NCBI GenBank assembly: GCA_963795085.1
Contig: CAWCFX010000001.1
Span: 672,001-736,000 of the forward strand
Reading direction: 5' to 3'
Length of the DNA stretch: 64,000 bases
Source of the DNA: an uncultured Gemmatimonadales bacterium
Lineage (GTDB): Bacteria; Gemmatimonadota; Gemmatimonadetes; Gemmatimonadales; GWC2-71-9
Made by a program: the position numbers and the translations under genes
Part shown: positions 19,193 to 28,925 of the stretch, piece by piece
Layout: each line of letters opens with the position of its first letter
Numbering within the stretch: the stretch's first letter is position 1
The notes under the pieces: generated by a model
Told to the model about the DNA's origin: nothing
The model's database searches: none
The model's input: the letters and a program-made list of their open reading frames with translations, nothing else

Positions 19193-20300
19193 GGCCTGGC
19201 TGGAGCGGATATCGATCGTCCATCGGGAACCCGCTCCCTTCCATTTCCTTTCTCACCCAGGCACCCACCCGCTGCCGCACGTCGGCCGGCACATCGAGGT
19301 GCCGGTCGGCGCTGCCCCGCACGAACAGCTCGGCGTTGGTCTGGAGCAAGTGGGGGGGATGCATCTCGAAGGCCTCCTGGTGCTCCTGCATGTAGGCAAA
19401 ACTGCATTTCCGGACCACGTCGGCGACCTCCGCCTCGCTGAGCGGGGCCACGCCGAGGAACCCGGCGACCTGGCGCACCGTGGCGGCGAGGTCGCGCTTC
19501 ATGTCTTCGAAGAAGACGAAGAGCACGTTGCGTCCCTCGCGGGACCGGTTCCACCATCCCTTCACATGGTTGGGCCAGCTGCCCCACCACATCATGTCGT
19601 GCCGGCAGTACCACTCCTCGAAGAGCGGGAGGGGCGGCGCCATCGCGCCGGCGTTGGTGTTCACGAAATCGATGCAGCTGGCGAAGCAGGACACCGGGTG
19701 CCGAGCGACATAGATGTACTTCGCCGCCCCGCTCCAGGGACACAGGTCGGCGGGCAGGTGGGTCTTGATGATCCGCGCGGGACGTTCCGTCCCGATGATG
19801 GGGGACTGCTCGACCGGGACGCTCTTGATGGCCTCGATCCAGGGAGAGACGGCGTACATCGCGGTGCCCGATTCCACCAGGTTGCCGCGTCCGCGGAGCA
19901 GCACCTCGTACACCACGTGCTGCATCCAGGTGGTTCCGCACTTCATCTGGGTCACCACGAAGACATCCTCGGCGCGGGCCTGGTAGGTGTCCGCCCGGGC
20001 GAAGCTGGCCGGGCTGCAGCTCCCCATCGGGGCGGCGACACCCCGGTGGATAAAACTGGCCCGGGAGAAGGTGAACTTCGACAGCCGGGCCGACAGCCAG
20101 AGAACCGGGGCCAGCAGCACCGCGTGGAGCTTGAGCCGTCGCTTGAAGGCGGCCCGTCCCCCGGGCGGCAGACCGTAGTAGGCCAGCCCCACCGACTGCT
20201 CGTGTTCCCACTTCAGCACCGTCGAGAGATAGACGAACTGCACGATAAGGAGCGCGAACGCCGCCCCCAGAATGGTGCCGATCCAGCCCAGAATTCCCAT
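19134..20300 (-). CDS. Membrane-anchored PAPS-dependent sulfotransferase
   Basis: DVFVVTQMKCGTTW (5'-PSB-like), IIKTHLP, YVARHPVSCFAS, FFEDMKRD; N-terminal TM. Confidence 0.88.
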   Translation of the reverse strand: MGILGWIGTILGAAFALLIVQFVYLSTVLKWEHEQSVGLAYYGLPPGGRAAFKRRLKLHAVLLAPVLWLSARLSKFTFSRASFIHRGVAAPMGSCSPASFARADTYQARAEDVFVVTQMKCGTTWMQHVVYEVLLRGRGNLVESGTAMYAVSPWIEAIKSVPVEQSPIIGTERPARIIKTHLPADLCPWSGAAKYIYVARHPVSCFASCIDFVNTNAGAMAPPLPLFEEWYCRHDMMWWGSWPNHVKGWWNRSREGRNVLFVFFEDMKRDLAATVRQVAGFLGVAPLSEAEVADVVRKCSFAYMQEHQEAFEMHPPHLLQTNAELFVRGSADRHLDVPADVRQRVGAWVRKEMEGSGFPMDDRYPLQPGPTSPATASPAASPVHPPPR

Positions 20301-20366
20301 GCCTGGCCTCGTCCTGATACGATGGGTAGGTGAGCGCGATCCGGTCCCGCGACCGCCGCCGGAATG

Positions 20367-21593
20367 TTAACGCGAAGCTGGCGGTGGATCGAGTTGGGGG
20401 CGCTCGAAGCTGGCCGGCATTTCCGCGTGGGTCGGCTCGAAGCCCGGGGGTGGGTCGAGGTGGGGCGTTTCAAAGTTGGGTGGTGGCACCTTGAGGACGA
20501 ACCCGGGGAACAGGGTATTGAGAATGGTGTAGATAATGACCCCCCCCAGCAGGTACTCTGGCACGATAAAGCGTTCCCGGAGCAGCTCGGTGCAGACCAG
20601 CGAGAACACCAGCGTCGGGAGCAGGGCGACCCCGATCTTGGCGCCCTCCTGGGGGCGCTCTTTCAGTACGATGCGCCGGTGCAGGGCGACCTCGCCCAGC
20701 CGGAGGGAAATGAACACCACCGTGATCGCGAGGCCGGAGAGGATTGCCCAGCCATCCAGCCCCGCCAGCCGGATCTGCTGGCCGGCCTTGAAGAAATAGA
20801 ACGGGATGAAGACCGAGGCGAACGCCTCCACCGCGCCCAGCATACGGTCGGAGGACATGGCGGGGAGCAGGTCGCGGAACTGGCGGGCCGCCACGCCGGC
20901 GACGAAGGCGCCGACCAGGTAGTACACGCCCAGGTGCCGGGTGACATAGGCGCTGATCATCGCCACCAGGATGAGAAAGGCGAACTCCGACCGGGGCGCG
21001 TAGGGCGAAATGGCCGCGGCGAACCAGCGGAACATCGGCGGCAGCAGCACCATGAGCAGCACCAGCGCCAGCAGGCTCAGGCCGAGTTCCTGGAATGACC
21101 CCGAGCGCAGGGCAATGAACATGACGCCCAGCGCGAACAACTCGGAGCTGATGGCCTTGGCCTTGGTCCAGCGTTTTTCTCCCGGGCTCAGGCCGAACCG
21201 GTCCAGCGAGTCGAGGATGAATCCGGTCGAGGGCGTCACGATCGCCAGGGCGAGCAGGATCGCCGCACGGGGCGAAATAGCGAAGAACCAGACGCCCGCG
21301 CCGGTCGTCAGTGCCAGGGTAATGGCCCAGATGATCAGGTGCTGGCCCAGCACCTTGGCGTCCGGCCGCAGGTCCTCGAGGTCCACCTCCAGTCCCGCGA
21401 ACAGGAACAGTGTGACGATGCCCAGGGTGGAGAGCAGGGCCAGCGTATCGTCATGCTGGAACAGGACCAGCGCGGTGGCGCCGATCCCCAGCAGCAGGCT
21501 GGTGATCGCCGCCGGCAGCCGGTACCGCTGCATGAACCGGGGTACCACGAACAGGACGAAGAAGAGAACCAGGTAGGAAATGTCGTTAGGCAT
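20367..21593 (-). CDS. Cation:proton antiporter (CPA2-like)
   Basis: LGIVTLFLFAGLE, GAFVAG, FIPFYFFKAG; many TM segments. Confidence 0.85.
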   Translation of the reverse strand: MPNDISYLVLFFVLFVVPRFMQRYRLPAAITSLLLGIGATALVLFQHDDTLALLSTLGIVTLFLFAGLEVDLEDLRPDAKVLGQHLIIWAITLALTTGAGVWFFAISPRAAILLALAIVTPSTGFILDSLDRFGLSPGEKRWTKAKAISSELFALGVMFIALRSGSFQELGLSLLALVLLMVLLPPMFRWFAAAISPYAPRSEFAFLILVAMISAYVTRHLGVYYLVGAFVAGVAARQFRDLLPAMSSDRMLGAVEAFASVFIPFYFFKAGQQIRLAGLDGWAILSGLAITVVFISLRLGEVALHRRIVLKERPQEGAKIGVALLPTLVFSLVCTELLRERFIVPEYLLGGVIIYTILNTLFPGFVLKVPPPNFETPHLDPPPGFEPTHAEMPASFERPQLDPPPASR

Positions 21594-21632
21594 GGAGGGA
21601 TTCTAGTCCATGCCCGCAGGGAAGGCCATTGC

Positions 21633-23717
21633 TCAGCGGGTAGTTCGGACCCTGACCGACGCAACGGCGTCTCCCGGCAGAATGCGCTCCACCCCCTCCA
21701 TGCCCCCGATGACCTGCCCGACGACGGTGTACTCGTGGTCGAGTTGCGGGTTGTCCACCAGGTTGATGAACAGCTGCGCATCCCCGGTGTCGCGGCCCCG
21801 GGTGCTGATCCCCAGGGTGCCCCGGGCATGGGTGCGGAACCCCAGTTCGTCCCGCATGAAGCGGTCATCGCCGATGTATTCCGAGGCCCCGGGCCCGCCG
21901 CCCTGGATCACGAAATTGGGTTCCACCCGCTGCCACAGCTTGCCGTCATACCAGCCTTCGCGGGCCCGCCGGACCAGCCGCGCGATGGCCGCCGGTGCTT
22001 CCCGGCTGAACAGCCGCACGAGGAAGGAGCCGCCGCCGCTCTCCGCCGCCATGGTCACTTCGAGTTCGAGGCTGTCGCCGAGAAAGATGTCGGCCAGCGG
22101 CTCCGGTTCGATCGCCAGGGGGACCGGCGCCGCCTCGGCCGGCGCGCCCGTCCACCGGGCCAGCATGGCGGCCGCGGTGTCCGCGACCGTGGTGTCGAAG
22201 TCGCTGAGGTAGGGCTGGAGCCGCGCCGCCACCGCCGGGGTGCCCATCTCGCCGATCCGGGAGAGCAGCGCGAGCCGGGGATCCCGGGCGTTTTCGCTGC
22301 GCCGGCGGCTGACCCGGTCGAACGCGTTGAGTAATGCTTCCACCGCGCGCGGATGCTCCGAACCCGCCAGCGCCTCCGCCGCCGCGAGCAGGACCTGGTT
22401 CCCGTCCGACGAGAGCGCCGCGAGAAAGGTGGTGTCCGCCGCACGCTTCTCCGTGGCGGCCAGGCCGGCGATAGCCGCTTCGCGGACGTTATCGTCAGCG
22501 TCCCGGGCCAGCCGGTAAAGGACGCCGGGGGCGCTCACCAGGGCGGCTGCGCGGGCGGCGAACTCGCGGTTCTGCCATTGGCGAGCGCCGGCAAATCGCG
22601 CCAGCAACGGGGTGGCCCGGGCGGAGTCGATCCGGGCCAGGGATACCAGCGCAAACGCGCTGGCCTGCCAGTCGCGGCTCGAGGTATCGGTTTCGTCCGC
22701 GCGAAAACCCGCGACGGTGGCCAGGACAGATGCCGCGGCCTCGCGGTCCGCGCAGGGCTGTCCCAGGGCGGTTATCGCGACGAGGATAACATAGGGATGC
22801 GGATCTTCCAGCGCGGAAACCAGTGGGGCGCAGTCCGGCGCGGGCGCTCCCGCTCCGGTTCCCGCCCGGGCCGCGGCGACCGCCGCGATCCGTACCATGA
22901 AGCTGGAATCGGCGAACGCCCTGCGCACCAGCGCCGTCCGGGCGGCCGGCGGGAGCCCGGCCGCGCCGGCCATTGCCAGCCGGCGAACCTGCGGGTCGGG
23001 ATCCCGGCTGGCCGCCCGCGTGGTGGCGGAGTCGAGCGCGCCCGCCCGGGCAAGGGTCACCACCGCAAGTCGCCGATGCAGGGTGTCCTTCGAAGACCGT
23101 GCCGCCTCACGCAGGAGTCCGAGCGCCGGCGCCGGGAGATTGCCGAGGACCCGACGTCCCGAGGCCAGCCAGAAGAGCCCGTGAGTCATCCCGTAATCCA
23201 GCGTGCCGTTCGCCCGGGCCACGATCGCCTGGGTCGCCCAGCGGGCCTGCGCGCTGTCCCTGAGTTGGAGACGCCCGATCGCCTCGGCGATGACCCCGGC
23301 AACGCTGTCGTCCGATTCCCGGGCGATGGCCTCGGTGAGCACCCGGAGGGCGACCGGGACATCCAGGTGGGAGGGATCCCCGGCCGCCTGACCGCGCGGC
23401 TGGTCGCGCAGAGTCTGCGCCAGCGCGATGGCCGCCTCGGCGCGGATCGCCGGGAGCGGGTCCACCAGGAGGGGGAACAGCGCGCTCCCCAGGTCGGGCC
23501 GCTGCAGCCGGCCGACCGCGCGCGCCGCCACCCGGCGGATCAGGGTATCCCGGCTTTCCAGTCCTTCCATCAACGGCGCAATGCGATCGCTGCCCTGTCC
23601 GCGGGCGTCTTCGGCAATCAGCAGCCGCTGCAACGTGGCGCGTTGGGCCGCCTGAGCGACCGCCCCGCCAGGCAGAGCGGCGACGAGGGCAAGTGCCAGG
23701 GCAAGAGAACGTTTCAA
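21633..23717 (-). CDS. Secreted HEAT-repeat protein with C-terminal cyclophilin-type PPIase (start TTG 23717 or ATG 23765)
   Basis: Signal peptide; HEAT repeats; WQRVEPNFVIQGG, GRDTGDAQLFIN, LDHEYTVVGQV. Confidence 0.88.
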   Translation of the reverse strand: MKRSLALALALVAALPGGAVAQAAQRATLQRLLIAEDARGQGSDRIAPLMEGLESRDTLIRRVAARAVGRLQRPDLGSALFPLLVDPLPAIRAEAAIALAQTLRDQPRGQAAGDPSHLDVPVALRVLTEAIARESDDSVAGVIAEAIGRLQLRDSAQARWATQAIVARANGTLDYGMTHGLFWLASGRRVLGNLPAPALGLLREAARSSKDTLHRRLAVVTLARAGALDSATTRAASRDPDPQVRRLAMAGAAGLPPAARTALVRRAFADSSFMVRIAAVAAARAGTGAGAPAPDCAPLVSALEDPHPYVILVAITALGQPCADREAAASVLATVAGFRADETDTSSRDWQASAFALVSLARIDSARATPLLARFAGARQWQNREFAARAAALVSAPGVLYRLARDADDNVREAAIAGLAATEKRAADTTFLAALSSDGNQVLLAAAEALAGSEHPRAVEALLNAFDRVSRRRSENARDPRLALLSRIGEMGTPAVAARLQPYLSDFDTTVADTAAAMLARWTGAPAEAAPVPLAIEPEPLADIFLGDSLELEVTMAAESGGGSFLVRLFSREAPAAIARLVRRAREGWYDGKLWQRVEPNFVIQGGGPGASEYIGDDRFMRDELGFRTHARGTLGISTRGRDTGDAQLFINLVDNPQLDHEYTVVGQVIGGMEGVERILPGDAVASVRVRTTR

Positions 23718-23774
23718 GGTCGCTCCGGGACGGGGGTGGTTGCGGAAATCCGGTCGTGTCTGCATTGTAGTGGC

Positions 23775-23915
23775 CACAGGCGGGGTTCCACGCCTAACCT
23801 CTTCGGCTCTCCCCCAGCGGGAGCCCACGGGAGGCAAAGGGGGGCAGACCCTCGGATCGCAGGGCCAAACCTTTGGCGCCGCCGCCGGCGACGCTGCTGG
23901 GGAGCGTGCCGGAGG
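23775..23915 (+). ncRNA. Candidate structured leader RNA (unassigned family)
   Basis: Hand-folded 5' hairpin plus long basal stem enclosing a multiloop; sigma70-like TTGCGG-N17-CATTGT at 23740-23768 just upstream. Confidence 0.55.
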
Positions 23916-23936
23916 CCCGTCCAGAGGATCCTTCCG

Positions 23937-24617
23937 ATGACCACCAACAAAGACTATAAGCGTATCGTGCGCGCCCGCATGGTCCGAACCGGCGAGTCCT
24001 ATACTGCCGCACGGGCGCACCTCCAGGCTCAAGCGGATCCCGCACGGGCCGCCCTTCCCCGGGTCGCGGACCATGCCACCCTTGCCGGGATGAGTGACGC
24101 CGCCATCAAGGCCGGGACCGGCTGTGACTGGCGGAAGTGGGTCGAGGCCCTGGATTACAGGAAGGCCCACGAGTGGTCCCACCGCGAAATCGCCGCGTAC
24201 GTCCGCGAGAAGTTCAGGCTCTCCAGCTGGTGGAGCCAGGGTGTCACCGTGGGTTACGAGCGCATCAAGGGGCTCCGGGCCATCGGCCAGCGCCGCGGCG
24301 GCGACTTCGATGCGAGCAAGAGCAAGACATTCAACGTCGCCCTGAGCCGCTTGTATAACGCGTTTGGCGACAAGCGGAACCGGAACAAGTGGCTCGGTCC
24401 CGTGGAGCTGACGGTGAAGACGGCCATCCGGGGCCGGTCCATGCGGATCACCTGGTCCGACGGCAAGCCGGTGGAGATGTCGTTCGTCGCCAAGGCGCCC
24501 GGCAAAAGCACGGTCACCGTCACCCACCACAGGTTGCCGGATCGCGCCGCGGTGGACCGGGTCCAGGCCGAGTGGGCGGCGAGGCTGGAAGCCCTCGGAG
24601 CACTGCTGTCGCGCTGA
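23937..24617 (+). CDS. Basic hypothetical protein: N-terminal RARMxxTGESY helix, DUF4287-like domain, SRPBCC/START-like C-terminus
   Basis: ATG 23937 with AGAGGA; MTTNKDYKRIVRARMVRTGESYTAARAHL; GTGCDWRKW..SHREIA..WWSQGVTVGYE; VTHHRL..W. Confidence 0.8.
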   Translation: MTTNKDYKRIVRARMVRTGESYTAARAHLQAQADPARAALPRVADHATLAGMSDAAIKAGTGCDWRKWVEALDYRKAHEWSHREIAAYVREKFRLSSWWSQGVTVGYERIKGLRAIGQRRGGDFDASKSKTFNVALSRLYNAFGDKRNRNKWLGPVELTVKTAIRGRSMRITWSDGKPVEMSFVAKAPGKSTVTVTHHRLPDRAAVDRVQAEWAARLEALGALLSR

Positions 24618-24623
24618 AGGCGC

Positions 24624-26177
24624 TCAGTGGGTGCCGGCCGGGGCGGGTTTCCTCGGCATCATCCCGTCCCGGTTGGCCAGGCTGTACACCGTCCAGGCCA
24701 CGATAGTCGCGGCCTGCTGGAGGTCTTCGAGCACCAGCCGCTCGTAGGTATCCACGTGCGAGTGGTGGGAGCGGATCCCGTATTCCAGCGGATCCTGGAT
24801 GAACTGAAACCCAGGAACTCCGGCGGCATCAAAGGAAAGATGATCAGTGCCGCCGGTGGGATGGAGCCGGCTGGCGACGAATCCCACGTCGCGGAAGGGC
24901 AGCAGTAGCTGGTCAAAGACCCGCACGGCTGCTTCGTTATGCTGGCCCCACACGCCGCGGATTCGTCCCGATCCGTTATCGATGTTCAGGTAGGCCGAGA
25001 TTCGCGGCATCTCTGCCCGGTGCCGGCGCACCCACGCCCGGGAGCCGAGCAGGCCCTGTTCCTCGCCGCTCCAGAGGGCGATTCGCACCGTGCGCCGGAG
25101 CGGAAGGTCGAGGGACTTGAGAATACGCATGGCCTCCATCATGGCGAGCGACCCGGCGGCGTTGTCGGTCGCCCCGGTCCCGCTGTACCAGCTGTCGAAA
25201 TGGGCGCCGATCATCACCACCTCGTCCCTGAGGTCGGTGCCGGGGATCTCGCCGATCACGGTGAACTCGCGCTGGTCGGGATTGGTCCACCGGTTCTGCA
25301 CGTTCACCTCCAGCCGGGCGGCGACCCCGCGCTTGGCCAGCCGGTACAGCTGCCCGTACTGCTCGTGGGTCACCATCAGTGCCGGTGTCGGTTCGTAGGC
25401 GCTGTCCCTGGCCACCCGCCCATCGGGGTGGCCGCCGGTGCGGAGCAGGCCGTAGGTCCAGCCGGAGGGGATCAGCAGCATGGCCGGATGTTCCCGGCGG
25501 AGAAACCGGGTCACCGCCTGGTTGCGAGCCTGCGCTTCCCGGAAGCGGGCCTGCTGTTCCGGGTTCGCCTGGTTCCCGCCAGCCGGGGGTTCCGGCCGCT
25601 GGTTGCTCCAGGTGATGAGGGACTCAGCCGCGTGGCGCCGGGGACGGGAATCGAATTCAGGCCCGATCGGGTTCCAGGGCTGGGTCATCACGCAGGAGTT
25701 GCGGAGCTTCCCCGCATACTGGGCCAGGTCCGTGGTGTCCCGGATCTCCAGGAGGACGACGTCACAGGCGACGGTTCCCCGGGTACTGCCGCTCCATCCC
25801 ATGGGCTCGGCCCGCAGCGGTTGTTCAAAGGGGGCCAGGAAACGCCCGTGGTAGCTGACCCGTTCCCAGCCCCGGCCAAAGGTCGAGTCCCACGGCTCCA
25901 GCGCCACGTTCGTCAGGCCCCAGCCGCGGAGTGCGGCCGCCGCCCATTCCTGGGCCCGTCGCATGCCGGAGGAGCCGGTGAGCCGGGGGCCGATGCCGTC
26001 GAGCAGCTGCTGCGCAAGAGTATCCACCCGGCTCCGGGTGAGTCCCTCGTCCCGGATCCGCTGGAGCACCGCGAGGTCCAGCCGCTCCTGTACCACCTGG
26101 GCCGGCAGGGCGGCGGTCCCGGCGGGCAGCGCCAGCATTGCCAATAGCAGGCCGCGCACGACGATTCGAGATACCAT
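24624..26177 (-). CDS. Secreted M28-family metallopeptidase (carboxypeptidase Q-like)
   Basis: IGPRLTGS, GAHFDSW, GATDNAAG, WSGEEQGLLGS, GGTDHLSF, HHSHVDT. Confidence 0.9.
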   Translation of the reverse strand: MVSRIVVRGLLLAMLALPAGTAALPAQVVQERLDLAVLQRIRDEGLTRSRVDTLAQQLLDGIGPRLTGSSGMRRAQEWAAAALRGWGLTNVALEPWDSTFGRGWERVSYHGRFLAPFEQPLRAEPMGWSGSTRGTVACDVVLLEIRDTTDLAQYAGKLRNSCVMTQPWNPIGPEFDSRPRRHAAESLITWSNQRPEPPAGGNQANPEQQARFREAQARNQAVTRFLRREHPAMLLIPSGWTYGLLRTGGHPDGRVARDSAYEPTPALMVTHEQYGQLYRLAKRGVAARLEVNVQNRWTNPDQREFTVIGEIPGTDLRDEVVMIGAHFDSWYSGTGATDNAAGSLAMMEAMRILKSLDLPLRRTVRIALWSGEEQGLLGSRAWVRRHRAEMPRISAYLNIDNGSGRIRGVWGQHNEAAVRVFDQLLLPFRDVGFVASRLHPTGGTDHLSFDAAGVPGFQFIQDPLEYGIRSHHSHVDTYERLVLEDLQQAATIVAWTVYSLANRDGMMPRKPAPAGTH

Positions 26178-26321
26178 GGGGACGCTCCGTGTTGGGTAAG
26201 TGGCACCGGGCTGGCGGTGGTAAGGTAATATCCGGAGTAGGGAAATAAACCCGACCGCCATCCGTGGCATCCAAGCGGTTGACCCGTTGAAGATCATCTT
26301 CTCCTGCGCTGGAGTCGTGTC

Positions 26322-28172
26322 GTGACCCGAAGCGTCCTGCTGGCCCTGCTTTCAAGTGCGATTCCCCTCGCTGTCACGGCTCAGCAGCCTTTCGATCACT
26401 ATGCCGAGGCCGTGGCGCTTCGGTACTCGGCCGGGCAGCCGGTGGTGAGTTATACCCTCCGCATTGACTCCACCGATCTTCGCTCCTGGTCCGTGGCGAT
26501 GACTCTGCGGAACCTGCCTGACACCTTTCACCTGGCCATGGCCGCGCACCCGGAGTATGACGACCGGTTCTATCGTCAGGTCACGGACATCGCGGTCACT
26601 TCCTCGGAAGGAACCGGGTCGGTGGCACGGTCGGACAGTGCAGTGTGGCGAGTGGTGGCGCCCGGAGGAGCCGCGCTGGTCCGCTACCGTATCACCCTGC
26701 CAGCGCCCGCGACGCCTCCCCGCGGGGCCTGGCGGCCCTTTCTGACGCCGACCGGCGGTCTCACCGGCGGTCCCCACGCCTTCATGTACGTACTCGGCGG
26801 AGAACTGGCTCCGGCTCACGTGCGGCTCGATCTGCCTCGTTCGTGGGATGTGGCCACCGGCCTCGAGCCGACAGCGGATCCCCTGGTCTTTCATGCACCA
26901 ACCGTGCACGTCCTGGTGGAATCTCCGCTGCTGGTCGGCCTCTTCAGCGAGTGGCATTTCATGGTGGACGCGGTGCCCCACCGGGTTGTGTACTGGCGGA
27001 GCCCCACCGGGACGCCATTTGACACCGTCGGCTTCGTCGAGGGCATTGAGCGGCTGACCCGCGAGGCAGTCGCTCTTTTCGGGCGCCCGCCGTACCGGGA
27101 GTTCACGTTCCTGTTTCAGGATGACGCCTACGGTGGCCTGGAGCATCCCAACTCGGTCACCCTGGGGGCGGAGAGCCGCCTGCTCGCCCGGGACCCCCTC
27201 GCCACGCTGGACGAAACCAGCCACGAGTTCTTTCATACCTGGAACCTGATGCGCATTCGTCCCGAGGAGTACCGGGACGTCTCCCACCAGACCCAGCCGC
27301 CCACGGCGGGACTCTGGTTCAGCGAGGGACTCACCATGTACTACGCGGACCTGCTGCTGCGGCGGACCGGCCTCCCGGTGCCCGGTACGGACCGGATCGA
27401 GCATCTGCAGGCGCTCATCACCCGGTATCTCGCCTCGCCCGGCAACTATCGCTTCTCGGCGGAGTCGTTGAGCCGGGTGGAATACAATGTGGGGCCGATA
27501 GCCCTGGGCGATTATACGGCCAGCACCCACCTGGTGGGCGAGCTGCTGGGCGGCATGCTCGACCTCGAGGTGAGACGGGCAACCGCCGGCGGCCGCTCCA
27601 TGGACGATGTGATGCGGCTGATGCTGGCGCGGTCCGGCGGCCCCCGCGGGTTTAACGGGAAGGATGTGGAGGATGTGGTGGAGGAGGTCTGCGGCTGCGA
27701 GGTCTCGCCGTTCTTCGCGCAGCACGTGCGCGGGGGCGGATCGCCCATCGATTTCGATCGCTACCTCGCCGCGATCGGCATGCGGGTCGAAGTGAAGTGG
27801 GAGCCCGCGTTAGTGAACGGACTGCCCGAACCCGACCTCCGAATCTGGGCCTGGGAGCCGGAGGGGGAGACCGGTTTGCGGCTGATCGTCGGTCACCCCG
27901 AAACCTCCTGGACCCGCGCCGGGCTGCACAGTGGTGACCGGGTGATCTCGATCGACGGACGTCCGGTGCGGACCTGGCCCGAGTTCCGTGGTGCGCTGAG
28001 GCAGAGCCGGATCGGTGACACGCTCGCCTTCGAGATCCGGGGGGAGCGCGGGCCCCTTACCCGGCTGGTGACCGTCTCCGGTTACCAGCGTCCCGCCGTA
28101 TCCCTCATTCAACTGGCCGAGGCCACCCCGGCCCAAATCGAATTGCGCAGGCGATGGCTCAGTGCCCGCTGA
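26322..28172 (+). CDS. M61 glycyl-aminopeptidase-like metallopeptidase with PDZ domain
   Basis: GGLEHPNS, HEFFHTWN, LWFSEGLTMYY; AGLHSGDRVISIDG PDZ. Confidence 0.9.
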   Translation: MTRSVLLALLSSAIPLAVTAQQPFDHYAEAVALRYSAGQPVVSYTLRIDSTDLRSWSVAMTLRNLPDTFHLAMAAHPEYDDRFYRQVTDIAVTSSEGTGSVARSDSAVWRVVAPGGAALVRYRITLPAPATPPRGAWRPFLTPTGGLTGGPHAFMYVLGGELAPAHVRLDLPRSWDVATGLEPTADPLVFHAPTVHVLVESPLLVGLFSEWHFMVDAVPHRVVYWRSPTGTPFDTVGFVEGIERLTREAVALFGRPPYREFTFLFQDDAYGGLEHPNSVTLGAESRLLARDPLATLDETSHEFFHTWNLMRIRPEEYRDVSHQTQPPTAGLWFSEGLTMYYADLLLRRTGLPVPGTDRIEHLQALITRYLASPGNYRFSAESLSRVEYNVGPIALGDYTASTHLVGELLGGMLDLEVRRATAGGRSMDDVMRLMLARSGGPRGFNGKDVEDVVEEVCGCEVSPFFAQHVRGGGSPIDFDRYLAAIGMRVEVKWEPALVNGLPEPDLRIWAWEPEGETGLRLIVGHPETSWTRAGLHSGDRVISIDGRPVRTWPEFRGALRQSRIGDTLAFEIRGERGPLTRLVTVSGYQRPAVSLIQLAEATPAQIELRRRWLSAR

Positions 28173-28200
28173 GGCCGGCGTTGCCTGGCCCCGTGACGCA

Positions 28201-28234
28201 GCATGCCCCGCTTGCTCAGGCAAGCGGGGCATGT
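28201..28234. terminator. Strong hairpin between convergent genes
   Basis: GCATGCCCCGCTTGC-TCAG-GCAAGCGGGGCATGT. Confidence 0.75.
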
Positions 28235-28257
28235 TGTAGCCATCGCGCGAACCAGGT

Positions 28258-28842
28258 TCAGGTGGCGGGAACCAGGCCGACCTGCATCGAGAACCGGACC
28301 AGTCCCGCCAGGTCCCGGATACCGACCCGCTTCATCACCTGTGCCCGGTGGGTCTCGACGGTCTTCACGGACAAATTGAGACGTTCCGCGATCACCCGGG
28401 TCGATGAGCCAGACGAAAGCAACTGCAGGACCTCCATCTGGCGGTTGGACAGCTTGCGGAGGGGGGCCCGCTCTTCCAGCGCCTCCTGGATGGCCGGCCG
28501 GAGGCGGGCCATGTCGCCGACGCTGATAAAATCGGCGGCCCCCGCCTTCAGGGCCTCAATGGCGGAGGCGTTGCAGTCCCGGGCCACAATCAGGAAGGGA
28601 CTGCCGGGCCGCCGCCGCTGCGCCATGCTGAGCGCTTCCAGGAGCGGCGGTTCGCCCTCCGGCGTGGCGAGAATGACGTGAGGCGCGAAGGCCTCCAGCG
28701 CGCCCTGGTACGCCGCGGCGGAATCCGCCCGGCGCACAACCCAGGGCTCTTCACCTTCTTCCAGGACGCGGAGAACCTCCTCGGCAATCCCGTCACTATT
28801 GGCGAGCAGGACTCTGAGGTCCCGCGAGGCGTCGTTTGGCAT
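28258..28842 (-). CDS. LuxR/NarL-type regulator with degenerate receiver domain
   Basis: LSNRQMEVL..IAERLNLSVKTVETHRAQVMKR HTH; ALKAGAADFI receiver remnant. Confidence 0.88.
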   Translation of the reverse strand: MPNDASRDLRVLLANSDGIAEEVLRVLEEGEEPWVVRRADSAAAYQGALEAFAPHVILATPEGEPPLLEALSMAQRRRPGSPFLIVARDCNASAIEALKAGAADFISVGDMARLRPAIQEALEERAPLRKLSNRQMEVLQLLSSGSSTRVIAERLNLSVKTVETHRAQVMKRVGIRDLAGLVRFSMQVGLVPAT

Positions 28843-28925
28843 GGCTCAACATGGAGCACTGCAGGTCCGGGAACCGTGATGTTGGCTACATTTCGTGGAA
28901 GGTTTTACCCCAAAAAGTGTGATCT

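Noticed and set aside
20367..20480. Short internal duplication in the antiporter tail (FETPHLDPPP / FERPQLDPPP)
   Set aside because: A two-copy repeat in a Pro-rich tail with no sign of wider significance.
22353..24530. Long bidirectional overlap of the 965-aa and 754-aa ORFs
   Set aside because: Both are over-extended. Plausible starts are 23717/23765 (minus) and 23937 (plus), leaving a non-coding gap.
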